From an uncultured Gammaproteobacteria bacterium (GTDB lineage: Bacteria; Pseudomonadota; Gammaproteobacteria; JACCXJ01): a DNA stretch of 64,000 nt. The stretch is from NCBI GenBank assembly GCA_963764725.1, contig CAVXTM010000002.1, positions 96,001 to 160,000 on the forward strand. Direction: 5' to 3'. Position 1 is the stretch's first letter, and every line of letters starts with the position of its first letter. The translations under genes and the position numbers were made by a program. The notes under the pieces are model-generated. The model saw only the letters and a program-made list of their open reading frames with translations. It searched no databases and was not told where the DNA came from. This document shows, one piece after another, positions 43,302-54,300 of this stretch.

Positions 43302-45296
43302 ATGGATATCATCAATCCCTTTGCCCAGTCCATCGTCACCGATGCCTGGCAAGCGCCGCAATCCGATGTACCGATGATCCACGCCGGAGTGTTCGAGCTT
43401 TGCTGTGAGGTGCTCGAACAGGTGCGCCGATCCGGGGGCAGCCGGTCCGTGCTCCTGCACGGGCTACCGGGGAGCGGCAAAACCCATCTGCTCGCGCGCG
43501 TTCGCACCAATCTCAACGGCACGCCGAATGACATGGCTGCGACGGTGCCCGTGCCCCTCCCCCCGAACGTATTGTTCATCGCCGTGCGCCTGCGCGCCGG
43601 CGCCAGGATGCTATGCCGCCATCTCCGCCGTACCCTTGCGACCGATCTGTTTCGCCCCACGCGCCTAGGGATGTCGCAACTCGAGCAATTACTCCTCTAC
43701 CGCTTGGCGCAGTTTCTCAAGGACCGGAAAAAAGCCCAGAAATGGTGGATCGATCTGCGCCAGCCCCAAAAGCCGCGGCGCTGGTGGTTGTTCGGAAAGA
43801 CCGATGAGGCCGGACGCGCGCAGCAGGAAATAGAAGCCATGATCGAGCACCTCGAGGAGCAAGCGGCTCTCGGCAGAAACCTCAGTGCGATCCTGCGTCA
43901 CTTGGCCTTGGGGCGCCATCGGCGGAATGTACGCGATTGGTTGCACGATGGGCTGCTACCGGACGGCGCAATGCGGGATCTGGGCTTGGTGCCGCCGCCC
44001 GAGGACGAGGATCCCGAGGAGCAGGCGCTCGATATGGTCTGCGCCGTGAGCCGGCTCGCGGATTCCCATACACCGCTGGTGCTCTGTTTCGACCAGGTGG
44101 AAGCGTTGCAAACGTCCCCCGACGACATGGAGGGTCTGTATGCTTTCGGCCGGATGGTCAGCTCGCTTCGCGACAAGACGCGCAACACCTTGTTGCTCTC
44201 CTGCGTGCAGACCGCGTTTCTGGACAAGCTCGATGAGATCATTCGGGGCGCCGACATGGACCGGCTGGCGGAAAAGGCCGGTCTGCTCAAACCGCTCTCC
44301 GCGGAGGAGGCGCAACGGCTGATCCCGGTGCGTTTGGATTCCGCGCCGGCGGTGGCCAAGATGCGCAAAGGTCAATCGAATAAGCTCTGGCCTCTCAAAC
44401 CGAATCGCATCGCGGAATTCATGGACGGGAATCCCGCCTGTACCCCGCGCCAGTTGATTTCGTTTTGCGAGGACGAGTTCGAGAAATGGCGCCACGGCCA
44501 AGCGCAGCCGGCGGCCTCCGTAGAGGAATTCTTGACGCTCCAATACGCTATCGAGTACGGGCAAGCGCTGCAATCGAGTCATCCCCATAAGATGGACGAA
44601 ACCTTGGCGCACGGATTACCGCTGGTACTCGCGCTCTTGGGGCGCAGCAAGCAGGTCGTGGACGCCGGTCACAAATACGCCGATCTCATCTTCGAGTACG
44701 CTGCCGGGCGGCTGTACATCAGTTTTTGCAACCAGGTCGGTAACCCCTTGACTGCGCGCCTGGCGAAGCTTCGCGAGGCGGTGGAAAGGGGGCGGATCGC
44801 CAATCTGGTCGTGGTTCGGGATAGCCGCCTGGCAATCTCGCAGCATGCCAAGAAAGCACAGGAACATTTGGATGCGCTCACGCAACGCGAGGTGACTTTG
44901 CTGCGCCCCTCCGCGGAGGGATTGGCGGCGATCGAAGCATTCCGCAGCCTGCTCTCGGATGCCAAGGCGGGGGACCTCGCTAAGCGCGGGGAGGGGATCG
45001 GCCCGGGCGCCGTGGAAGAATGGTTTAAAGCGCATCTACCGCCGTCCGTGGCCGATTTGGTGGAGGGTCTCACGCCCGAGCGGCGGTTGAGCGGACGCGA
45101 TGCGATTTACGATGAGCTGTTGGAATTGGTGCAACAGGAACGGATCGTTCGCTTAGACGAGGCCGCCGAACGGCTGCATCGGGATGCCGAAATGATAGCC
45201 GCCTGTGCCGCGGGCCATATCGATCAGTTCGGGATCTTGCAGGGACCGCCCTTGGTGATCTTCGAGAAGGTAGCCGCGGCGGACAGCGTCGCCTAG
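43302..45296 (+). CDS. AAA+/P-loop ATPase
   Basis: GLPGSGKTHLL Walker A, VLCFDQVE Walker B, TPRQL sensor-2-like motif. Confidence 0.8.
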   Translation: MDIINPFAQSIVTDAWQAPQSDVPMIHAGVFELCCEVLEQVRRSGGSRSVLLHGLPGSGKTHLLARVRTNLNGTPNDMAATVPVPLPPNVLFIAVRLRAGARMLCRHLRRTLATDLFRPTRLGMSQLEQLLLYRLAQFLKDRKKAQKWWIDLRQPQKPRRWWLFGKTDEAGRAQQEIEAMIEHLEEQAALGRNLSAILRHLALGRHRRNVRDWLHDGLLPDGAMRDLGLVPPPEDEDPEEQALDMVCAVSRLADSHTPLVLCFDQVEALQTSPDDMEGLYAFGRMVSSLRDKTRNTLLLSCVQTAFLDKLDEIIRGADMDRLAEKAGLLKPLSAEEAQRLIPVRLDSAPAVAKMRKGQSNKLWPLKPNRIAEFMDGNPACTPRQLISFCEDEFEKWRHGQAQPAASVEEFLTLQYAIEYGQALQSSHPHKMDETLAHGLPLVLALLGRSKQVVDAGHKYADLIFEYAAGRLYISFCNQVGNPLTARLAKLREAVERGRIANLVVVRDSRLAISQHAKKAQEHLDALTQREVTLLRPSAEGLAAIEAFRSLLSDAKAGDLAKRGEGIGPGAVEEWFKAHLPPSVADLVEGLTPERRLSGRDAIYDELLELVQQERIVRLDEAAERLHRDAEMIAACAAGHIDQFGILQGPPLVIFEKVAAADSVA

Positions 45297-45300
45297 CCTT

Positions 45301-46362
45301 ATGGCTGTGTATTTGACCATGCCGCAGGTTCGGGCCACGTTGCTTGAAAGCGGCGTCGAGCAGCACCCGCCGACACAGCTTCTGGCGCGCCTATTTGTCG
45401 AGGTGATGGATGAGTTGCTCGGGCAGGGGCGGAGCCCGCACTGGACGGCGATCTTGGGCGATGAAGATCTGGATCGGGAACGGTGGCAACAGAGGCTCAT
45501 CGAGCACGCCTATCGGCGGTGCGTCGCGCCGAGATTGCTGCGGCAGCGAGCCGCATTGGATCCCGCCGCCAGGGAGGTGTGTCTGTTTTGGGAAGCGGTC
45601 CAAAACCTCTGTACCTGGAGCGTGGACGCGCTTTGGGAGCGTTACCGCGCGCGGGGACGCGTGCCGGAGGCCGGACTATTCAGTAAAATCGGCTTGGCGA
45701 AGGATCTGGAGTTACACGAACCCGAGTGGACCGATGCGGTCCGTATCACGGATATCCGGGAAGCGCTTTGGCTCACGCCGGGCGCCGAATCCTATTGCGC
45801 AATCGAGCTTTGTCTCAATCCGGACGGGGAAGGCATCGAGCAGGCGTGTCTCTATCGCCTGTTGACACACGCATCCTACCCGGCGCCGCGCGCACGCAAG
45901 GGGGTGCTGCGGCTGGTCTCCTTCTCGCCGGCGCGCCAGGAAACGGCGATCGACATAGCACGGTTGGATAGGCTGCAGCGGCATGTGAAATACTTGATCG
46001 GACGCGCCGCCGGCGTGCTGCCGACGGGGTTGCCGGTCAGCGCGGACCCTGCAAGCGCGGCGCATAACTATGTGAACCTGGGCAAGATGCTGGTCGAGAT
46101 CCTGAGAAACTTTGGGATCGAGGCCAGCGTCGCCGGCATGCCCGCGATTGAACACGGGAAGGTGCAGTTCTTGATAGAGCTTCCGCCGGGTATTCGGGTC
46201 ACCGGGCCGGAAGCGCTCGCGGACGATATCAAGCAACGCTTGCGGCTTAAGACCCCGCCGCTGATCGAACACGTTGCCGGGCATTTATTCGTTAGTCTCG
46301 AGGTTCGCGCACGCCCGATCTTCTTTTTCTGGCCGACGGGCTGGACGAGCAGGGCGGAATGA
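45301..46362 (+). CDS. Degenerate PD-(D/E)XK-like domain + FtsK-alpha-like domain, without an ATPase
   Basis: ITDIREAL..AIEL..EQACLY pattern; ILRNFGIEASV..VQFLIELPPGIRV resembles FtsK alpha. Confidence 0.5.
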   Translation: MAVYLTMPQVRATLLESGVEQHPPTQLLARLFVEVMDELLGQGRSPHWTAILGDEDLDRERWQQRLIEHAYRRCVAPRLLRQRAALDPAAREVCLFWEAVQNLCTWSVDALWERYRARGRVPEAGLFSKIGLAKDLELHEPEWTDAVRITDIREALWLTPGAESYCAIELCLNPDGEGIEQACLYRLLTHASYPAPRARKGVLRLVSFSPARQETAIDIARLDRLQRHVKYLIGRAAGVLPTGLPVSADPASAAHNYVNLGKMLVEILRNFGIEASVAGMPAIEHGKVQFLIELPPGIRVTGPEALADDIKQRLRLKTPPLIEHVAGHLFVSLEVRARPIFFFWPTGWTSRAE

Positions 46363-46393
46363 ATTCGTCGGATCGCCGATCACACCTTGTCTG
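46335..46393. repeat. Copy of the junction between the 45301 gene 3' end and the sdhE 3' end
   Basis: 46335-46387 matches 48926-48978; CGCCGATCACAC also occurs at 56524. Confidence 0.8.
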
Positions 46394-46569
46394 CTGTAGC
46401 TATGGATCGAGTCGAGTTGACTGGCGCAATACCGTCGGCTCGACCCGGTCCAGGCTAACCCGCACGCCGCTTTATGGCGCGTCCGGTGGATCGAGAAGTT
46501 AGCTGAATAACCGCCCGTGACGGAAGGCGTTTGGAAGAAACACGGTGGGCGGATTTGCGGTTTGCGTTG

Positions 46570-46772
46570 TGTTGCTTGAGAGACGCGATGGCTTTTCGAT
46601 AAAACGGCCCGTGACAAATTTGTGAAGTACGCTGGCAATGAGAGTTTGATAAGGGACCCCCTCCTCCAGGGCACGCGTCTGGATATCCATCAGGTTGGGG
46701 GATGAGAGTCAGATATTTACCCGCCGGTTCTTGATAAGCGTCGCCCGAGCAGCGTCCCGAAACGTCTCAAGC
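46570..46772 (-). pseudogene. BrnA/CopG-type antitoxin remnant
   Basis: KNRRVNI*LSSPNLMDIQTRALEEGVPYQTLIASVLHKF. Confidence 0.7.
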
Positions 46773-47186
46773 CCGGGCCTTCGAAAGACCGATGGATTTT
46801 GAGCTCATCTTAGATCCGCTCGGTGCGCAGGCTGTAAATGGAGGTAGCGCAGGCGCTCCCGCACGTGATCGAGCAGGTTTGTTGGCGGCGGGTGTGCTAA
46901 AAACTCCCTCGCGTGCATTCGTTGGCATCGTTGAGTTCCCAATCAAGCGCTTATATGATGACCGCCGTGATTATGCACCAGTCCGTGGATTGGGTTAGGG
47001 GTTAAACACCTATTGGTGTCGAATTCTGAGTTGGTCGGCGCGCAGCGCCGGGGCCACGGCTTTTAGAACGGGAGATGGGCGTGGATAGGATCACAGGCTT
47101 CGATAACGGCAATCGAGCGGCGCTAAGCGCGCGCCAACCAACGGAGCGCGAGTTGTCTCACGTCGAGTTGTCCGGCGCTGCGCGCC

Positions 47187-47308
47187 GTCCAACTCTCGTT
47201 CGAGCGGCACCGCGGCGCTGCGCTTGCGGCTTCGCCCCTATGACTCGGTCGAAAGACTTCGTCTTTCTCTCGCGTCAGGGGCGCCGCTCAACTCGCGCTC
47301 CGTTAGGC
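47187..47308 (+). other. Integron attC site
   Basis: GTCCAAC ... GTTAGGC cores with an internal imperfect palindrome (GAGCGGCACC/GGCGCCGCTC). Confidence 0.8.
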
Positions 47309-47331
47309 GCAAACCTAAAGGAGAATTGCAA

Positions 47332-47922
47332 ATGATCGGTACGTTTTCGTCCGCGGACAGCGCCCTGTTACTCATCGACCATCAAGTCGGGACGATGAAG
47401 CTCATCAAGAACATCCCGCTTGATGTGGTCAAACGAAACACGCTGGCTCTTGCCAAAACAGCCAAGATTTTGAACATCCCTGTCGTCCTTACGAGTTCGC
47501 AGGAGCAGAATGTTCAGGGGCCATTGCTTCCGGAACTCGAACAAATTCTTCCTGAGGCGTTTGCTGCCAGGGTTCAGCGAGCCGGAATTGTTAACGCTTG
47601 GAGTGATCCGCACTTCAAAAAGGCCGTCGAAGCGACAGGTCGCAGGAATCTCATCATGGCCGGTGTGACCACCGATGTGTGTTTGGTGTATCCGGCAATT
47701 AGTGCCTGTCGCGAGGGCTACCAAGTACAGGCAGTTATGGACGCTTCAGGGTCGCCATACGAACTTTCCGAAGATATGTCGCGGCGGCGCATGGAACGCG
47801 AGGGAGTAGTGCTTACCGCAACAAACACGCTCATGGCTGAACTCGCTCAGGATTGGAGTCGGCCAGAAGGTGGCCAATTGCTTGGCATACTGTTTCAAGA
47901 CGTACTTCCACCAATCGCCTAA
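47332..47922 (+). CDS. Isochorismatase-family (YcaC-like) hydrolase, gene cassette
   Basis: LLLIDHQ, VNAW, AGVTTDVC, VMDASG; RBS AAGGAG. Confidence 0.9.
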   Translation: MIGTFSSADSALLLIDHQVGTMKLIKNIPLDVVKRNTLALAKTAKILNIPVVLTSSQEQNVQGPLLPELEQILPEAFAARVQRAGIVNAWSDPHFKKAVEATGRRNLIMAGVTTDVCLVYPAISACREGYQVQAVMDASGSPYELSEDMSRRRMEREGVVLTATNTLMAELAQDWSRPEGGQLLGILFQDVLPPIA

Positions 47923-47987
47923 CAAGGCGCTCCACCGGACGGCAATTCCGCTGCGCTCCAGTGCCGCCGGTGAGCGTTGCGTTAGCC
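47917..47987 (+). other. Integron attC site
   Basis: GCCTAAC...GTTAGCC; hairpin CCGGACGGCA/TGCCGCCGG; overlaps the cassette stop codon. Confidence 0.88.
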
Positions 47988-47994
47988 ATAACAC

Positions 47995-48651
47995 ATGCTT
48001 AATACTATTTTCCAAAAACGCTTCACTGAACTAAAAGCTCAGTTCGAAGCAATGCCTTTCCACTCAAATGCTGACGGCATGTCTGGGACTCATGTTCCAT
48101 CTGGCGTTTGGCAGCAATGGGCTACAAGTGCGCAAAACCTTCTTCTTACGGTCTTTGGTAAGGAGTCACCTCACTACGCGAACTTTGTAGACGCGTTCCA
48201 AAAAAGCACCGGTTACGCCCACAGTGTTAATGTGCTCAAAGGCATTTTCCCTAGCGCGAAAGATGACTTTGAGGGTGGATACGTTTTTGATGTTGATCTC
48301 CGGGTGTCCGGGGAGGTCTTCGGGGATTTCGTGGCCATGGCAAAGCATGCCTTATCAGAAGGCTATAAAGATGTCGCAGCGGTGCTAGCCTGCGCTGCGT
48401 TGGAAGACACCCTTAAGCGATTCTCAGCGGCAAATGGTCTCGATGTTGGTGAGAAGTCTATGCAAGAAGTAGTCGGCGCATTGAAGTCAAAGGGGCTGGT
48501 GTCCGGGGCCCAGAAGTCTTTGTTGGATACTATGCCAAGAATTCGAGACTACGCCATGCACGCAAACTGGGAAAAGATCTCGGCGCCAGACGTTAGTAGC
48601 GTTATTGGCTTTGTTGAGCAGTTTCTTCTTTCAAAGTTCAGTCATGGCTAA
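47995..48651 (+). CDS. DUF4145/HEPN-like protein, gene cassette
   Basis: AAVLACAALEDTLK, RDYAMH (Rx4H); stop lies inside GGCTAAC of a truncated attC. Confidence 0.7.
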   Translation: MLNTIFQKRFTELKAQFEAMPFHSNADGMSGTHVPSGVWQQWATSAQNLLLTVFGKESPHYANFVDAFQKSTGYAHSVNVLKGIFPSAKDDFEGGYVFDVDLRVSGEVFGDFVAMAKHALSEGYKDVAAVLACAALEDTLKRFSAANGLDVGEKSMQEVVGALKSKGLVSGAQKSLLDTMPRIRDYAMHANWEKISAPDVSSVIGFVEQFLLSKFSHG

Positions 48652-48706
48652 CAAGCCGATCAACACGGACAGCAAGTAAGCGCCGCTCCTTCGTCGCTCT
48701 GCTTCA

Positions 48707-48822
48707 TGATTATCCTCGGCGCCATGATGCGTAAGCTCGTCCATGTCACCTTCGGCGTCCTCAAGTCCGGAACACCTTTCAATCCCACACTTCATCTCAC
48801 TTGACACCGATAACAGTATCTA
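48707..48822 (+). mobile_element. IS110-family 3' end remnant truncating an attC
   Basis: MIILGAMMRKLVHVTFGVLKSGTPFNP*, followed by TTGAC...AACAGTATCT. Confidence 0.7.
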
Positions 48823-48984
48823 CATCTAAGTCGTAGCGAGAGAGGGTGTGTGAGTCTATTGGAGTCGTTTTGTTTCAACATTCAAGACGTGAGTATCTAA
48901 AACATGGTGTGGCGGCCTTACCCGAGACGGGTTGGACGAGCAGAGCGGAATGATTTCGCCGAAGCGCCGATCACACCTCGCCGG

Positions 48985-49192
48985 AGAGGTTGTGAATTAA
49001 TCGTCGCGAGCAACCCCGAGCGCCAGGACCGTTTCGCCGGGAGCGAAACGGCGCATAAGCCCCGAAGGGGCGAGTCTCAAGGATGAGACGAGCAACCGCA
49101 GAGCGAGCGACGAGACATATCAATTCGATAGGCGAGCGAGCGAGCACGCGACGCAGCGATCGGGATGCGCAGCAGATTAATTCACAACCTCT
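48985..49192. mobile_element. MITE with perfect 18-bp terminal inverted repeats
   Basis: AGAGGTTGTGAATTAATC ... GATTAATTCACAACCTCT, inserted in the sdhE copy. Confidence 0.8.
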
Positions 49193-50004
49193 GAGGTCGA
49201 TCGGATCTCATCGATCAGCTTCAAGCATCTCGGATCATTGGGTTGCGATCTTCCCAGCAACCACGCCATGATGTCCTGGTCCGCTTGGTCGAGCAGTTCG
49301 ACGAAGCGGAGTTGATCGGCTGCGGCAAGCTGGTGGTAACGGAGATCCAGGAATCTTTCAAGGATGATATCGAGCTCGCGCATCCCGCGCCGGCAACGCC
49401 ATCGGAGTCGGTCGATCGAAGTCACGAACTTAACCGGGTCTCACAGCGCTCGCGTTAGCAGCAATTTCTTGATCTCCCCGATCGCCTTCGCCGGGTTGAG
49501 GCCTTTGGGGCAGGCCTTGGTGCAATTCATGATCGTATGGCAGCGGTACAGGCGATACGAATCTTCGAGCGTGTCGAGGCGCTCGCCCGTATTCTCGTCG
49601 CGGCTGTCGACGATCCAGCGGTAGGCCTGAAGCAGAATAGCAGGTCCGAGAAAGCGATCACCGTTCCACCAGTAACTCGGACAACCCGTCGAGCAACAGG
49701 CGCAGAGAATACATTCATACAGCCCGTCAAGTTGGGTGCGGTCTTCCTTGGTTTGCAAACGCTCGCGAGCGGGCGACCGGTGTGTCCGCCTGTAACCAGG
49801 GTTTGATCGAGGCATATTGGGCATAAAAATGCGTCAGATCGGGCACCAGATCCTTGATCACCGGCAGGTGCGGCAGGGGGTAGACGGAAACCTCCATCTC
49901 GGCGTCATCGATGGCCTTGGCGCACGCTAAGGTATTGGATCCATCGATATTCATCGCACACGAGCCACACACGCCCTCGCGGCAGGAGCGCCGGAAGGTC
50001 AAGG
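49191..50004 (-). pseudogene. Duplicate sdhE plus 3' two-thirds of sdhB (5'-truncated, frameshifted)
   Basis: Near-identical to 56541-57352; +1 insertion near 49775. Confidence 0.93.
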
Positions 50005-50360
50005 CTGGCCGGCTCATGCTGGAAGCCCTGGCGGAGCTGGAAAAGAAGGGTGAAAGTTTTGCCTTCGAGACGACATTATCCGGCGTGACTTACGCGCGCC
50101 GCATTCCCCGCTGGCGAGCCGCCGGTTATCATGTCACGCTGTATTTTCTTGCCTTGCCGTTGGTTGAGCTGGGCATCGCACGAGTCGCGGAACGTGTGCG
50201 GCAGGGCGGTCATCATGTACCCGATAGTGTTGTCCGGCGCCGGTTTGTGTCGGGCCGACGGAACTTTGACCGCATATATCGTGATCTGGTGGACGCCTGG
50301 GCGCTTTACGACAATTCCGGCGCGGAGCCGGTTTTGATGGACTGGAAAGAAAAGCCATGA
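50004..50360 (+). pseudogene. Zeta-toxin/AAA_33 family ATPase, 5'-truncated
   Basis: [34 protein letters not shown]; Walker A missing. Confidence 0.8.
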
Positions 50361-50530
50361 ACCCGAAGAGCATTGAGCAGGCGCGTGACCCCGACCTGCG
50401 GAATTCGCTGGTCGCACTCAAGCGGGCAGCCAAGCGTGCCCGTGAGACCGCCTTGCGCACCAAGACGCAGGTGGTCATCGCACGCGACGGTAAGTGGGTG
50501 CGCGTTTCGCCTGCGAAGCTCGCACAATAG
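50357..50530 (+). CDS. Small partner protein (57 aa) of the zeta-like ATPase
   Basis: MNPKSIEQARDPDLRNSLVALKRAAKRARE...; ATGA overlap. Confidence 0.65.
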   Translation: MNPKSIEQARDPDLRNSLVALKRAAKRARETALRTKTQVVIARDGKWVRVSPAKLAQ

Positions 50531-50692
50531 CGAGCCAAGTGAATCACCAGGTCAACGCCATTAACTAATGGGGACGCACACCTTTTCTGCGAACGATGAT
50601 CGGCTTGCACAATGGGGGACCTCCCAGAGGGACGGGGGAGGAGGAAGAATCCTGGGCAGCAGGAGCTTGAGTTGGTGTAGCGAGTGGATGCC

Positions 50693-51129
50693 ATGTTGCC
50701 GCCGTTCAACAACACAGGGGATTACCACCCGGCATTCATGTAGCCAGTTGGAGTGAGGTCGAATACCGGTTTGGAATGGGTTCGTCCGCGCGCACGCGGC
50801 ACTTGGCAAGACTTAGACATCTTTATGAGCTCGCAAGCCGTACCGAAAAGCTCGCGCGCTTTCTGGTGTTTGGAAGCTTCGTTTCCGCGACGGACAGTCC
50901 TCGCGATGTGGACGTGGTGTTGATAATGGCGCCGGATTTCAAACTGGAAGAGGCGCCGAGAGAATGCCAAACGCTTTTCTCGCATCCCGATGCGGAGGCC
51001 AGGTTCGGAGCGAGCGTGTTCTGGGTACGGGAAGGCATGTTGCCCGAGGACTTGATGGGGGAGTTTCTCGACACGTGGCAAACTAAGCGCGATGGGACCA
51101 AACGTGGAATAGTGGAGATTAAACCATGA
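50693..51129 (+). CDS. Nucleotidyltransferase-like toxin-antitoxin component, frameshift near 50722
   Basis: LPPGIH, FGSFVS..PRDVDVV, KRGIVEI. Confidence 0.65.
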
Positions 51130-51341
51130 TACAAAACGATCACGAACTGGCAGTGACCCGCGAGCGCGCCGCCAAACTGGAGAGGTTGCTTGAAGCGCTG
51201 CGCAAGACGGCGAGGCCGGAGGAGTGGCCTTTCTTGAGTTCAGGCTATCGACTGGAGATCGAGCGCATGCAGGGACAGATCCTCGATTACCTCATGGAAG
51301 GTGCGCCACAGACACCGGCGCAATCTGCTGGGGTGCGCTGA
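51126..51341 (+). CDS. Small helical protein, probable TA partner
   Basis: MIQNDHEL.VT.ER; overlaps the previous stop. Confidence 0.55.
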   Translation: MIQNDHELAVTRERAAKLERLLEALRKTARPEEWPFLSSGYRLEIERMQGQILDYLMEGAPQTPAQSAGVR

Positions 51342-51357
51342 ACATCGATAGAATCGG

Positions 51358-54300
51358 ATGAACCGCCACGTCAACGCCATCGCCGGGCGTCTGAGCCTGC
51401 GCCCGCCTCAGCGGCGCTCGCTGGAGATTCTTGATCGGATCACGGAGATCGTGCCGCCGAGAAGAGGCGCCGACGTTCAGGCCGCGCTGGACGCAGTCCG
51501 CAGCGAGTTCCCGACCGTTACGGAGTTTGAGCGTGATTTTCCGTCGCTCTGCTTTGCGTTGGCGACGGGCGTCGGCAAGACGCGGCTCATGGGTGCGTTC
51601 ATCAGCTATCTGCATCTGGCGCACCGCATCAACAATTTCTTTGTGATGGCGCCCAACCTGACGATCTACAACAAGCTGATTACGGACTTCACGCCCAACA
51701 CACCCAAGTATGTGTTCAAGGGCGTTGCCGAACTTTCAGTGAACCCGCCGACAGTGATTACCGGCGACAACTATGACCAGCGCGACCCGGCCAGCGGGAT
51801 GCTGTTCGGCGGTGTGCGCATCAACATTTTCAACATCTCCAAGATCAACTCCGAAGTGCGTGGGGGCAAGGCGCCTCGTATCAAGCGACTGTCCGAATAC
51901 ATCGGCGAGAGTTACTTCGACTATCTGGCGGGTCTGCCCGATCTGGTGCTGATCATGGATGAGTCGCACCGCTATCGGGCTTCGGCCGGTGTGCGGGCGA
52001 TCAACGAACTAAAGCCAATCCTGGGTCTGGAACTGACGGCCACGCCATTCACAGAAGGTGTCCGCGGCGCGGTGCCGTTCAAGAACGTCATCTTCGACTA
52101 TCCGCTCGGCAAGGCGATGGCGGATGGCTTTGTTAAGGAGCCCGCGGTGGTCACGCAGAAGAACTTTGATCCGCGGCAGTTCTCTGCGGAGCGGCTGGAG
52201 CAGATCAAGCTTGAAGACGGCATCAGGCTGCACGAAAGCGTAAAAGTAGAGTTGGAAACCTATGCCCGGCAGAACGACCAGCCCATCGTGAAACCTTTCG
52301 TACTCGTCATCGCCCGCGACACGACACACGCCGGCCAATTGCTGCAACTGATCCAGTCAGACAAGTTTTTTGAGGGCCGCTACCGGGCAAAGGTCATCCA
52401 GGTGGATTCCAGCAAGACCGGCGCGGAAGAAGATGAGATGATCCAGCGGCTATTAGCCATCGAGAAGACCGAAGAGCCGACGGAGGTTGTGATTCACGTC
52501 AACATGCTCAAAGAAGGCTGGGACGTGACCAACCTCTACACGATTGTCCCGCTGCGCGCGGCGAATGCGCGCACTCTCATCGAGCAGTCCATCGGCCGCG
52601 GCCTGCGCCTGCCCTATGGGCAGAAAACGGGGGTGAATGCGGTTGATCGCCTCAACATCGTGGCCCACGACAGGTTCCAGGAAATCATTGATGAAGCCAG
52701 CAGGCCGGGCTCGGTGATCCATCTGCAGAAGGTGATCCTGGATCCGACCAGTGATTTGCAGAAGACGGTCACGGTGGTGGCACAGTCCAATGTCCTGCAC
52801 CAGATCGGCAAACCCGCCGAAGCGGGCGCAACCCCGGCCCCGGGCGCGAAGACGCCTGCGCCAGTGTTCAAGACCGAGGCCGAGCAACAGGTCGCGCAAA
52901 TCACCTATGAGGTGATCAAGCGGCACGAGTCGTTGCCGGGTTCTGCGGCGCTGCTCAAGCGCGACGTGCAGGCCGCGATGATTAGGGAGGTGGCGGCGGC
53001 CTACAAGCCGGTGCAACAGGAGCTGGAAGGCATTTCCAAGCCGCCGGACATAAAGGGCATCGTTGCCAGGACCACGGAGCTTGTTGTCGGACAGACCATT
53101 GATATTCCCCGCATCCTTGTGGTGCCGAAAGGCGAGGTGACGGTCGGCTTCAAGCCGTTCAAGCTCGATCTATCAGGGATCAACTATCAACCCGTCACGC
53201 GGGACCTGCTGATCCAGCACCTGCGAACGCGCCAGCAGGACACGTTGAGTGCACTTAACGCTCAGTACCGTGAGCAGCGCTTGGAGGACTACATCGTCCG
53301 CGCACTGGTGGACTTCGACGATATCTCTTACGACGATCACGCAGAGCTTCTTTATGACCTTGCCGGTCAGGTTACGCGACACTTGCAGGGATATCTCTCC
53401 GAAGACGACACCCGCAACGTGCTGCAGTACCACGAGCGGCAGATTTCCGAATTCATCCACGCGCAAATGCAGCCGCACTATTGGGAAAAGGCTGCGGGCT
53501 ACGAGGTGGTCGTTACAAAGGGATTCACGACCCTGAAACCCTCCGCGTTCACGGCGGTCGCTGCGGACAAGGTCCAGGACGTGCATCAGGCCGTCGCAGA
53601 CAAGGGCAAGATCGGCCAGCTCGTCTTTGGCGGGTTCAACCGGTGTCTCTATCCTTTCCAAAAATTTCATTCCGACGCTGAGCGCAAGATGGCGATCATC
53701 CTGGAACGGGAAGCGCTGAAGTGGTTCAAGCCCGCAAAGGGCCAGTTCCAGCTCTTCTACAAATTGGGCGCCAGGCAGAACGAGTACCAGCCCGACTTTG
53801 TCGCGGAGACAAAGGACGAGATCTTCATGCTAGAACCCAAAGCTAAGAACGAACTGACCAGCGATGAGGTTTTGGCGAAGAAGGCCGCCGCCCTGCGCTG
53901 GTGCGAACTTGCAACCGCGCACAGCAAAGAGAATGGTTGCATAAATTTGGGGTTAAGCGGTGGGAAATGGCGTCGGACACAGGGTTTCAGTGAGTTTTGT
54001 GCTTTTCGCTGGATCTCACTGCTGGTGAAATCCAGCCCGTCAGAAAGATAGCTGATCTTATGGCCAGGATAATAGAAGAAGCGGCCTACGCTTTGCGGTA
54101 TAATGTGTTTGCCAAAACAACAACATCCGCGAAGGAGACCGCTTATATGAAGTGTAGCAGAGCCGAGGTTCACTGCAAGACTCGCAGCCTTCCGGTGCTG
54201 CGGTTTGAGGACAGCCAACTGACCTCGTTCTCGGGCTTGGTCCTCATCCAAGAGCTCTTTGTCCGTCTGGAACTGAAGGAGCGGCTGCGGCGCTGTTTTA

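Noticed and set aside
49911-50360. Novel fusion protein ORF
   Set aside because: Its N-terminus is antisense sdhB-copy sequence read into a truncated zeta-like ATPase; a junction artefact
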